Made by a program: the position numbers and the translations under genes. From a virus (taxonomy: Duplodnaviria > Heunggongvirae > Uroviricota > Caudoviricetes), in IMG/VR virus record IMGVR_UViG_3300029305_002776: a stretch of 36,886 nucleotides of DNA, one strand, 5' to 3'. Under the pieces are notes generated by a model. The model was not told the DNA's origin. It did not search any database and saw nothing but the letters and a program-made list of their open reading frames with translations. Below, piece after piece: positions 1-8,145 of the stretch (position 1 is its first letter; each line of letters begins with the position of its first letter).

Positions 1-1
1 A

Positions 2-508
2 CAGGGGGTACTAAAAGCGGGAGAGATTTATAGCAAGTATTGGTGTGATAAGGGTGTAAAGAGAGTTACATGTTATAGAGCGCCAATGTCAAATGCTCAC
101 TCAATTGTAGCGCAGAATATTTCATATTCAGAAGATGCAGCATATTGGTTTAGATATATAGACACATGTGTTGTAGTAAATAGTTTTGATACAATGCCTG
201 CAGCACTTAATGGTTTTGATTTTGACGGAGACCTTTTATTTACAACAGACAATGAAGTGCTTCTTAGAAATCACAAGCAGCTTCCAGCACTTAATTGTAT
301 TCAATATAATGCGTCAAAAATTTGTGCATCAGAAGATGATGTTATTTTAGCAAATAAACGAGGTTTTGGTAGTAAAATTGGTTCAATCACCAATAGAATT
401 ACCGCAATGACTTCTTTAATGGCAAATTATGAACACGACAGCAAAGAGTATGAGACTTTAAGATATAGAACTCAGTGTGGGCAAGCACAACAGCAAGCTG
501 AAATCGAT
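2..508 (+). CDS. yonO: YonO-type phage single-subunit (two-barrel) RNA polymerase, exon upstream of intron 1; 5' end lies outside the window
   Basis: Frame is open from base 2 (QGVLKAGEIYSKYW...CYRAPMSNAH). Contains ALNGFDFDGDLLF, the catalytic DxDGD motif. Ends at ...QQQAEID, the predicted 5' splice site after T508. Confidence 0.88.
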
Positions 509-645
509 CAATTGGTCGCCTTACATAGTAATATGTATTGAATAACGTGGTGAACTTGTAAATGCAAGGTGTCAATTCAACGTTAGTAATACTAGGAAAT
601 GAGTATGAATGAATTGGCTAACTGGGAATTCTAAGTATATGTGTA

Positions 646-660
646 ACAATACAAAATTAT
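646..660 (+). promoter_or_regulatory. Conserved motif copy 1 (ACAATACAAAATTAT), candidate phage late promoter for the intron endonuclease
   Basis: Exact motif, followed by RBS aggagg 673-678 and GTG 687. The promoter role is inferred. Confidence 0.6.
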
Positions 661-686
661 TGAATTAAAGAAAGGAGGTGGGGAAT

Positions 687-1358
687 GTGGTTGAAAGAGA
701 TGATAAGATATATTCTCGTATTGGTATTTATGGAATCAAGAATATAATTAATAATAAAATATATGTTGGAAAAACTGGCATGAACTTCGGAGATAGGTGG
801 GATAATCACAAGGCATTACTCAGAGGTAATAAGCATGATAATACACACTTACAGAAGGCATGGAACAAGTATGGAGAAGACAGTTTTGAGTTTTTTGTTA
901 TTGAAGATTGTGTAGTGGAATTATTAAACGAAAGAGAAGTTTATTGGATCAAGTATTATAAAGACAAAGGTTTAGCATACAATTTCCACGATGGCGGAGA
1001 TGGTGGTTACAATTTGGGAAAACAGTTGTCTGAAGAGACAAAGAAGAAAATTGGAGAAAAAAATAGAGTCAACATGTTGGGTAGAACTCACTCAGAAGAA
1101 ACAAAGAAAAGAATGAGAGATTCCCATATTGGCAAAAAGTATAAGCCAATGAGTGAAATAGGAAAACAACATGATAGAGAGGCTCAGCAGAAATACTGTC
1201 TTGAACATCCAAAAAAGTTAACCAAAGATGACGTTATAAGTATCAGGGAAGAAAGAAAAAATAAAGGTACAACATATGCTGACCTTGCGGCAAAATACAA
1301 TGTTACGCCACAATGTATTAGTGACATTTGTAATTATAAAAGATGGACGAGCATTTAA
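687..1358 (+). CDS. Intron-encoded GIY-YIG homing endonuclease with NUMOD3-like repeats and a C-terminal HTH
   Basis: GIYGIKN...IYVGKT...RW..H; repeats QLSEETKKKIG and THSEETKKRMR. GTG 687 is well spaced from the RBS (ORF track starts at 678). Looped out of P5: tatatgtgta 636-645 pairs with tacacatata 1366-1375. Confidence 0.92.
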   Translation: MVERDDKIYSRIGIYGIKNIINNKIYVGKTGMNFGDRWDNHKALLRGNKHDNTHLQKAWNKYGEDSFEFFVIEDCVVELLNEREVYWIKYYKDKGLAYNFHDGGDGGYNLGKQLSEETKKKIGEKNRVNMLGRTHSEETKKRMRDSHIGKKYKPMSEIGKQHDREAQQKYCLEHPKKLTKDDVISIREERKNKGTTYADLAAKYNVTPQCISDICNYKRWTSI

Positions 1359-1547
1359 TTTATTATACACATATATATATGAAAATCCAGTGCGAAGCCT
1401 AATTATTTAGGAACGTGCAACGACTATTCCGAAAGGAAGTACATTTAGGGTGAAAGTCCCTATTTGGAAGCGCCACGCACCCAAAAATCTAGGGTGATGA
1501 TATAGTCTACTCCCTTAATAAATATCGGGAAACCGAGGGTATAAAGG

Positions 1548-2378
1548 AAAGCAAAAGGCATTGTGTCAAATCCAATGCCAAAATCTTGGTATATTGCTTC
1601 TGAAAACAGAGTATCAGAGGAAGATTCTGAAGATGTTGCAGAGCATAAGAGATTTTATCAAACTATTTGTGCTAGCAAAAAGCCATACTTTTTTATATAT
1701 AATTATCAGTCTTTAAAAAATGAATATGACTCATATATGGCCAATGTTGAAAACAAATCTCAATCATTGTTTACTAAAACATTTGCAGAGCTAAAAGATA
1801 AAAAGAATCAAACAGAAGATGAGAGCAAATTTGTAAAATGGGCTAGCGACAAAAACCCAATTGACATGTCTCCTTCTGTTATGAACAAGATTTGTTGGAT
1901 GATTGAAAAAGAGTTTGATGATTTAGCCGCAACTCCTCATGAAAAATTTGATTACTCAATGTTAAAATCTGGTCGTTATTATTCTACATCTAGTTATCAT
2001 GAAATTTTAGAATTATACAAATGGTATAAAAGAAAGATGGGCGACTTTGGGAAAAAACATAACTCAGAGTTTTATACAGATGTTGATGACCTTAACAGTA
2101 AGGAACAGATTATTGATTATTTTTCTGAGCGTTGTTCTGAGATATGCCCCAATAAATATGAGTTATGTGACATACTTATAGACATTTGCTACTCTGGACG
2201 TGCGGACAAAGAGATTGTTTGGACTTTATGCGGCAATACAATTATTGAAAATCTATTAAAAAAGAATAATAACAATTTGTATTATCCAAAACGAGTGGAT
2301 GATAATGGAGAGTTCGAATGCTGTGGTTATAATTTTATTATGACAAAACTTAAAGTACTTGGTGGTGATGAAGAATGA
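1548..2378 (+). CDS. yonO: YonO-type RNA polymerase, C-terminal exon
   Basis: In frame with exon 1 after splicing (KAKGIVSNPMPKSWY...CASKKPYFFIYNY). There is no RBS before the ORF-track GTG at 1563. Confidence 0.85.
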   Translation, partial: KAKGIVSNPMPKSWYIASENRVSEEDSEDVAEHKRFYQTICASKKPYFFIYNYQSLKNEYDSYMANVENKSQSLFTKTFAELKDKKNQTEDESKFVKWASDKNPIDMSPSVMNKICWMIEKEFDDLAATPHEKFDYSMLKSGRYYSTSSYHEILELYKWYKRKMGDFGKKHNSEFYTDVDDLNSKEQIIDYFSERCSEICPNKYELCDILIDICYSGRADKEIVWTLCGNTIIENLLKKNNNNLYYPKRVDDNGEFECCGYNFIMTKLKVLGGDEE

Positions 2379-3250
2379 AAGAATATATTTTTGATGAAAG
2401 AGCTCATATTGAGGATATGATGGAAAATGGCATCGTTGATGAAGTTAATATTAATAGAACAATTAAAAAGCTAGCGAGGTATAATCATTATGTTGTTGGT
2501 CTAAATGAAGATGATAATTATAATGCCATTGTTAAGTATATGAATAAAAATTGTTCTTATTTTTCTGAAGTTGGCTCATACTCTGATATTAAAGGATGTA
2601 TTAGAGATGCATCTAAAAGTGTATGGAAAAATATTCAATATGTTATCATCACCAAGTCAGAGCTTGAACTTATTAAATCTTTAAATGATATTAGACAAGA
2701 AAAATTGGCGTTTATATTGTTGGCAGACGCAAAGTATGATAATGCATGTAAACAAAAACAACTCAACCTTTCTTATTTAAGCAATAGTGATTTATATAGA
2801 TTAGCTCGTGTTACAATGCCGATTAGAGAACGCAGTTTGTTTTTACACTTTTTATACAAAAAAGGATTGGTAGAGATTAATATTAATCCAACAGCAACTC
2901 ATAAAAAACTACTTTACGTATCTGACGAAAATGATACTGCAGAGATTGTTCTAACCGAGAATAATTACAAAGAGCTTGCTTTTACTTATATGAATTGGAA
3001 GAACGGCGGATATAAAGAGTGTAAGAATTGCGGCTTGTTATTTAAAACAAAAAAAACAGGCAACCAGCTTTATTGTAAAAAGTGTGCTCCTAAGTATGAG
3101 CCTAAAGGGGATGTCCAAAAAACTTGTGCTTGTGGAAATATATTTTATGTTGATTCTAGAAATATGACAAAGACAATGTGTGATGGATGTTATCAAGTAT
3201 ATAGACGTAATAAAAAAACAGAAACAATGAGAAAGTTAAGGGAAAAATAA
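2375..3250 (+). CDS. Hypothetical protein with a possible winged-HTH and C-terminal Zn-ribbon cysteine pairs, translationally coupled to the RNA polymerase
   Basis: ATGA overlap with the polymerase stop. Cys motifs CKNC, CKKC, CAC and CDGC; basic C-terminus. Confidence 0.7.
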   Translation: MKEYIFDERAHIEDMMENGIVDEVNINRTIKKLARYNHYVVGLNEDDNYNAIVKYMNKNCSYFSEVGSYSDIKGCIRDASKSVWKNIQYVIITKSELELIKSLNDIRQEKLAFILLADAKYDNACKQKQLNLSYLSNSDLYRLARVTMPIRERSLFLHFLYKKGLVEININPTATHKKLLYVSDENDTAEIVLTENNYKELAFTYMNWKNGGYKECKNCGLLFKTKKTGNQLYCKKCAPKYEPKGDVQKTCACGNIFYVDSRNMTKTMCDGCYQVYRRNKKTETMRKLREK

Positions 3251-3282
3251 TAACATGTGGTCAGTTGTTTTGTATGTTTCTA

Positions 3283-3297
3283 ACAGTACAAAATTAT
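3283..3297 (+). promoter_or_regulatory. Conserved motif copy 2 (ACAGTACAAAATTAT)
   Basis: Intergenic, upstream of the clpP-phoH-HU gene run. Confidence 0.6.
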
Positions 3298-3408
3298 AGT
3301 AAATCATTTTAAAAACTACACTTAAGCAAAATTGCCCCTACAATGAAAAGAAAATAATAACTATTTCTTTCAAAATTAAAATAATACGAAAAAGCAGGAG
3401 GATAAAAC

Positions 3409-4035
3409 ATGGATGATTTTATGAATGATATAATGGTGGGCTTCCCAGAAGCCATAGCAAATCTACAACTCCCAGACCCTGATTTAAGAGATTTTTATCT
3501 TGACGAGCAAGATAGAATTTATCGTTTAAATCATGAGTTGAGAGATTGTGATTTGGCACTTGTTAATATGATTTTAAAATGCAACAAAGAAGACAAAGGT
3601 AAGCCAATTGAGGAACGTAAGCCAATTAAGGTTTATATTTCTTCTCCTGGTGGAGATGTAGTGACATTGTGGTCTATTATTCAGGCTATTCAATGTTCTA
3701 AAACACCAGTGTATACTATTAATATTTCATATGCATATTCAGCTGCGGCAGAAATGCTAGTTGCAGGACATAAGAGATATTGTCTTCCTGGAACTCAAAC
3801 CATGTTTCATCGTGGTAGTTTGTATCTTGGAGGAGAGCAAAGTGTGGTAGAGTCTACCAAGAAGCATTTTGACGCTTTAGATAACAAGCTAAGAGATTTC
3901 TTACTATCTCATTCAAAGATTGACCCTAAAATGTGGAAGAAGAAGGCATCAAGTGATTTATATATGGATGAGAATGACTGTTTAAAATATGGAGTCATTG
4001 ATGAAATTGTAACAGATTTTGATATTCTTTTTTAA
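3409..4035 (+). CDS. clpP: ClpP-family serine protease
   Basis: VYISSPGGDV; AYSAAA (catalytic Ser); MFHRG (His); SSDLYM (Asp). RBS aggagg. Confidence 0.88.
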   Translation: MDDFMNDIMVGFPEAIANLQLPDPDLRDFYLDEQDRIYRLNHELRDCDLALVNMILKCNKEDKGKPIEERKPIKVYISSPGGDVVTLWSIIQAIQCSKTPVYTINISYAYSAAAEMLVAGHKRYCLPGTQTMFHRGSLYLGGEQSVVESTKKHFDALDNKLRDFLLSHSKIDPKMWKKKASSDLYMDENDCLKYGVIDEIVTDFDILF

Positions 4036-4053
4036 AACAAGGGGGGCCTTTGT

Positions 4054-4764
4054 ATGGCGGCAAAGAAAAAAACAATGATAGAAGATTATGGTGAGGTACC
4101 AAGAATTATTGATGACCGACCTTTTTATAATTTAACTTTAGACGAAGATCAGAAGAAGTTTGTAAATGCAATTTTAAATCCTGACAATACAATTGTGTTT
4201 TGTAATGCAAGAGCTGGTACAGGTAAAACCACTTTAGCTATGGGGACAGCTGATATTTTAGTAAAGCACAATCAATATGATGGGATTGTATATATATGTT
4301 CTGCTTATGGTGAAAAGACCCAAGGATATCTTCCTGGGTCTATCACTGAAAAAAGTGAAGTGTATTTTGAGCCTGCATACCAGGCAATGATTGAATGTAA
4401 CATGAATCCAAATGTTTGTGTTAATTCTGATTCGATGGTTAATCAAAAATATGGAGATGCTTATGTTACATTACTGACACATACATTTTTGCGTGGAACA
4501 AATTTAAAGCATAAAGTGATAATTTTAGATGAATCACAAAATTATACAGTTTCAGACCTTAAAAAAACGCTTACTAGATGCTCTGATGATTGTAAAATTA
4601 TTGTTGTTGGCCATGACCAACAATGTGACTTAGAAGATAAGTCTTCTAGTGGTTTTAGCAAATATATTGAGCATTTTAGAGGCCACGAGCATTGTCAAAT
4701 CTGTGAATTAACTATAAATCATCGTGGATGGGTAAGTCAATTTGCAGATGAGCTTATTGAGTAA
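4054..4764 (+). CDS. phoH: PhoH-family ATPase
   Basis: Walker A ARAGTGKTT, FLRGTNL, Walker B IILDESQN, GHDQQCDL. Confidence 0.92.
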   Translation: MAAKKKTMIEDYGEVPRIIDDRPFYNLTLDEDQKKFVNAILNPDNTIVFCNARAGTGKTTLAMGTADILVKHNQYDGIVYICSAYGEKTQGYLPGSITEKSEVYFEPAYQAMIECNMNPNVCVNSDSMVNQKYGDAYVTLLTHTFLRGTNLKHKVIILDESQNYTVSDLKKTLTRCSDDCKIIVVGHDQQCDLEDKSSSGFSKYIEHFRGHEHCQICELTINHRGWVSQFADELIE

Positions 4765-4786
4765 TAAGAGAAAGAAGGACAAAAAC

Positions 4787-4966
4787 ATGTCAAAGATTAA
4801 TAAAAAGTATACTGTTTCTGCAAAAGGCATTCTTTATATTGAAAATGGAGTTATTTCTGTAGAGAACGAAGAAACTGGAGAGCTAATTCAGGTTTCTGAC
4901 CTACTTGATGATTTTAGTGGAAAGGAATGCTCTTTAACGGTTGCTTATGCAGAGTGTTATGAATAA
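4787..4966 (+). CDS. Small YonK-like protein
   Basis: MSKINKKYTVSAKGILYIENG...DLLDDFSGKECSLTV resembles SPbeta YonK as I recall it. ATG 4787 follows gaagga; the ORF track start at 4742 overlaps phoH. Confidence 0.6.
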   Translation: MSKINKKYTVSAKGILYIENGVISVENEETGELIQVSDLLDDFSGKECSLTVAYAECYE

Positions 4967-4997
4967 AAATAACAAGAAAGTTGGGTGATTACAGGAA

Positions 4998-5348
4998 ATG
5001 ATAAGTAGATATATGAAGCAAGATGATATTATTGCTGAGTTAAAAGAGCGTACAGGTTTTTATAAAAAGAATATTCAAGAGCTTTTAGATGCGCTTGATG
5101 ATATTATTATAGAAAATATGAATACTGCTGATTACGATGAACCTTCAGAAATGCGCCTTTTTTCAGGATGGAGGCTTGGCGCAAAGAAAGTTCCTGAGCG
5201 TCAAAGTTATGACCCTAGAAATAGGGATAAAATTATTACTCCAGAAAAATTAATTCCATACTGCCAGTTTAAACAATCATTTAGACAGAGGATTAATAAG
5301 CTTGAGTTGGATGAAGAAATAGACGAGGAGCTTGATAGTTATGAATAA
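4998..5348 (+). CDS. HU/IHF-like DNA-binding protein with an acidic tail
   Basis: KQDDIIAELKERTG..KKNIQELLDAL...ERQSYDPRNRDKIITP, matching the HU arm motif R..xNPxTGE.i.iP. Confidence 0.85.
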   Translation: MISRYMKQDDIIAELKERTGFYKKNIQELLDALDDIIIENMNTADYDEPSEMRLFSGWRLGAKKVPERQSYDPRNRDKIITPEKLIPYCQFKQSFRQRINKLELDEEIDEELDSYE

Positions 5349-6561
5349 TATGGATTTTAGACCCCAAGAAGAGAATGAGGAGCAATATATCTATAGAATT
5401 TGCTCAATGAAAGACTCATCTGGTATGACATGGCAAGAGATTGCTGATATTATCAATCAGGCTCTTGATAATAATTTTACCGAATCTGCATATCGAAAGA
5501 AGTATCAGATGTTCCAGAATGGACTGAAGGCATGTGAGAAGCAGGTCTTCACTGATAATGAATATTTGAAGAAAATTCAAGAAGAACGCAGAGAATTAGA
5601 GAAAGAAAGACAAAAAATCTATGCAACAAAAGTAGAAGCTACTAGAAATTTAAGACAAGAAAGCCGTTTTGAGCTGTTTTATGAGAATATTAGAGACACA
5701 ATTAAAACACTACCAATGCCCAATATTTTAGACACAGGATATGGCATTGGTGGTAAAAAAGCTAGTGATAAAGAATATGTTTTAACACTAGCTGACATTC
5801 ATGCTGGAGCAAACTTTAATATTATAGGCAATAATTACTCTCTTGTAGAATGTGAATCTCGTTTTCATAAGCTATTAGAGTACACAAAACGCTTTGTACT
5901 TGAAAATAATGTTGATAAATTGCATGTTGTGGAATTGGCTGATACAGTACAGGGAATTCTTAGAGTGTCTGATTTACAGCTTAATGAAACAAGCGTTGTT
6001 GAAGCGGTTGTTGTGGTGTCAAGACTGATTGCCATTTTCTTGAATGAATTGTCTTCTGTGTGTAATGTAGAATATTATCACGCCCCTTCTGGCAATCATT
6101 CACAAACACGTCCACTTGGCACAAAAGCAAGTGAAATTGCAACAGAGGATGTTGAATATATTATCGGAAATTATATTAAAGATATGCTTTCTAACAACCC
6201 TCTTGTTAATATTCATTTAAATTTTGGACACGATGAGATTGATGTACCTATTTTTAATTTTAATATTATTGCTATGCACGGACATACTGTAAAGAATATA
6301 GATTCTGCTCTAAAAGATATGAGCGTTAAGCATCGCAAGCTTATTGATTATATTTTTATGGGGCATTATCATAATGGAAAGGTTGTTCCTGGTTGTGCAA
6401 ATGAACAATATGACACAGAGGTTTTACTGTGTCCGTCTTTCCAAGGAACAGATCCTTTCGCATTTAATAAGCTTGGATATAGTTCTAAGGCAGCATGCAA
6501 TATTTATATTTTTGATTCTGTGTATGGACACACTGGAACTGAAAAGATTATTTTAAACTAA
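5341..6561 (+). CDS. Calcineurin-like metallophosphoesterase with N-terminal HTH and coiled coil (YonJ-like position)
   Basis: LADIHAG, GNH, MHGH and GHYH metal ligands; N-terminal MTWQEIADIIN HTH. Start overlaps the HU stop. Confidence 0.82.
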   Translation: MNNMDFRPQEENEEQYIYRICSMKDSSGMTWQEIADIINQALDNNFTESAYRKKYQMFQNGLKACEKQVFTDNEYLKKIQEERRELEKERQKIYATKVEATRNLRQESRFELFYENIRDTIKTLPMPNILDTGYGIGGKKASDKEYVLTLADIHAGANFNIIGNNYSLVECESRFHKLLEYTKRFVLENNVDKLHVVELADTVQGILRVSDLQLNETSVVEAVVVVSRLIAIFLNELSSVCNVEYYHAPSGNHSQTRPLGTKASEIATEDVEYIIGNYIKDMLSNNPLVNIHLNFGHDEIDVPIFNFNIIAMHGHTVKNIDSALKDMSVKHRKLIDYIFMGHYHNGKVVPGCANEQYDTEVLLCPSFQGTDPFAFNKLGYSSKAACNIYIFDSVYGHTGTEKIILN

Positions 6562-6576
6562 ACAATACAAAATTAT
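6562..6576 (+). promoter_or_regulatory. Conserved motif copy 3 (ACAATACAAAATTAT)
   Basis: Lies right after the phosphoesterase stop and right before RBS ggagg of the 6593 gene. Confidence 0.6.
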
Positions 6577-6592
6577 TGGAGGAAAAACAAAA

Positions 6593-6808
6593 ATGGAAAA
6601 TATAAACAAGGAATTTAAGCTCGTGTTTAATGCGGGTGTTGCTAGAAAGCTTTTAAAGATGGGCATCCCAATTGCTGATATTAAGGCAGACAGAACAAAC
6701 AAGGACAAGACAGTATTTGTCTTCAAGAGAACTCCTGAGTTTGAGGCAGCGTTCTCACAAATAAATGAAGAAATTAAGGAATCTAAAAAGGAAGCAGTGG
6801 TTGAGTAA
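6593..6808 (+). CDS. Small DUF5659-like protein
   Basis: VFNAGVARKLLKMG...KTVFVFKRTPEF pattern; good RBS. Family name is recalled, not searched. Confidence 0.65.
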   Translation: MENINKEFKLVFNAGVARKLLKMGIPIADIKADRTNKDKTVFVFKRTPEFEAAFSQINEEIKESKKEAVVE

Positions 6809-6821
6809 CCACTGCTTTTTC
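6792..6821 (+). terminator. Intrinsic terminator
   Basis: Stem aagcagtggtt / aaccactgctt, loop gagt, followed by a T tract. Confidence 0.8.
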
Positions 6822-6855
6822 TATTATAAAATTCAACGAAGGGAGGTAGAGTGAC

Positions 6856-8145
6856 ATGGCAAGTAAGTCTATGGGGGCTGGGCGAAGTAAGACTTCTACG
6901 TCAAAAAAAAAGAAGGTTGTAAAAGAAGATGAAGATCGTTTATATCTTTGTCCGTACTGCAATAAAGAGAAGGTTAAAACAAGTTTTTATATGAGCTCTG
7001 ATCCACTGGTACTAACAGGAATTACTCATATGTGCAAGACTTGTGCAGAAAAGATTGCTCGAAATTGGAATGAACAAGAACAACAATTTGGTGATTGTAC
7101 AAAAGCATCTATTCAAGATGCGCTTGAGCGTCTTGATAAGCCTTGGCTTGAAGATATATATGAGGCAAGCTATTTAGAAGTCAATAACCCCAATTCTGAG
7201 AAAAGAAAAACTAATGTTTGGGCAGCTTATATTAAAAATATTGGTATGCATCAATATAGAGGAATGCGTTGGCGTGATGGAGATTTGTTCGCAACATATC
7301 AAGCTAAGACAAAAGCAGAAGAAAACCCAGCAGAGTTCCATGAGATAGTTAGCGAAGCCTCGGAAGATAAAGAAATCCCTAAAGACCAAGAAGTATATAG
7401 TGAATATCTTAAGAATAAAAATAGTGTTATTCGTTTACTTGGATATGACCCATTTGGTAGTGAGGCAGAGGGAGATAAGCCATTGCTCTACTCTCAGTTG
7501 GTTGGATATTTAGACCTTGGCGGCGACAATGAAGATATGATGAGAACTAGTTCTGCTATTACGATTGTTCGTGGATTTTTACAGCAAGCGAAATTGGATG
7601 ATATGCTTTCTTCTGCAATGAAAAATATCGGCAAGGATGGCAAGACTGGAGAGATTAAAGCGTTATTAGATTCTAAGCAAAAAATCAGCTCTACTATTTC
7701 TCAGTTAGCAGAACAAAGTTGTTTAAGTTTAAAACATAATAAAAATGCATCTAAGGGAGAAAACACATGGACTGGTAAAATTAAAAAGCTTAAGGACATG
7801 GATCTTAGAGATGCAGAAGTTAATGGATTTGACATAGGTACTTGCAGGGGCATGCAGCAAGTACTTGAGTTGAGCGATGCTTCTATTATGAAGCAGTTGC
7901 GTCTAGATGAGTCAGAGTGGTCTGATATGGTTGCAGACCAAAGACAAATTATTGTTGATCTACAAAAAGAACGTGATGTTTATAAAGAGGTAAATAGGAT
8001 TCTGCTTAGAGAAAATCTCGATTTAAGAGACACATTGGAAGACAATGACTTATTAGATACAGAAGCTTTAAAAGATTTGAAAGAATTGTTCTCGCCACTT
8101 GGAGCTACAGTTACAAATGACGAGGAGGCTACAGATGATGAATAA
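6856..8145 (+). CDS. Zn-finger protein upstream of the large terminase, candidate small terminase
   Basis: CPYC...CKTC near the N-terminus; C-terminal coiled coil; overlaps the TerL start. Function inferred from position. Confidence 0.6.
   Translation: MASKSMGAGRSKTSTSKKKKVVKEDEDRLYLCPYCNKEKVKTSFYMSSDPLVLTGITHMCKTCAEKIARNWNEQEQQFGDCTKASIQDALERLDKPWLEDIYEASYLEVNNPNSEKRKTNVWAAYIKNIGMHQYRGMRWRDGDLFATYQAKTKAEENPAEFHEIVSEASEDKEIPKDQEVYSEYLKNKNSVIRLLGYDPFGSEAEGDKPLLYSQLVGYLDLGGDNEDMMRTSSAITIVRGFLQQAKLDDMLSSAMKNIGKDGKTGEIKALLDSKQKISSTISQLAEQSCLSLKHNKNASKGENTWTGKIKKLKDMDLRDAEVNGFDIGTCRGMQQVLELSDASIMKQLRLDESEWSDMVADQRQIIVDLQKERDVYKEVNRILLRENLDLRDTLEDNDLLDTEALKDLKELFSPLGATVTNDEEATDDE

Larger units (their letters stand above)
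509..1547 (+). mobile_element. Group I self-splicing intron 1 in the RNA polymerase gene
   Basis: P1: CGAT|C-aatt-GGTCG with U508.G515 wobble. P3: cgtggtg 546-552 / cgccacg 1471-1477. P4: actgg / ccagt. P7: gactat 1422-1427 / atagtc 1502-1507. Terminal G1547. Splicing gives in-frame EID|KAKGIVSNPMPKSW. Confidence 0.92.

Noticed and set aside
86-541. 151-aa stand-alone gene as listed in the ORF track
   Set aside because: The frame is open from base 2, and the last 10 codons are intron sequence. It is an RNAP exon.
4536-4545. ACAAAATTAT inside phoH as an eighth motif copy
   Set aside because: It lacks the 5' ACA(A/G)T part and encodes the conserved SQNY of Walker B. Likely chance.
6903-6911. 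A9 homopolymer as a phase-variation or slippage site
   Set aside because: It encodes a Lys run in an AT-rich genome, the frame is intact, and no alternative-frame product is evident.
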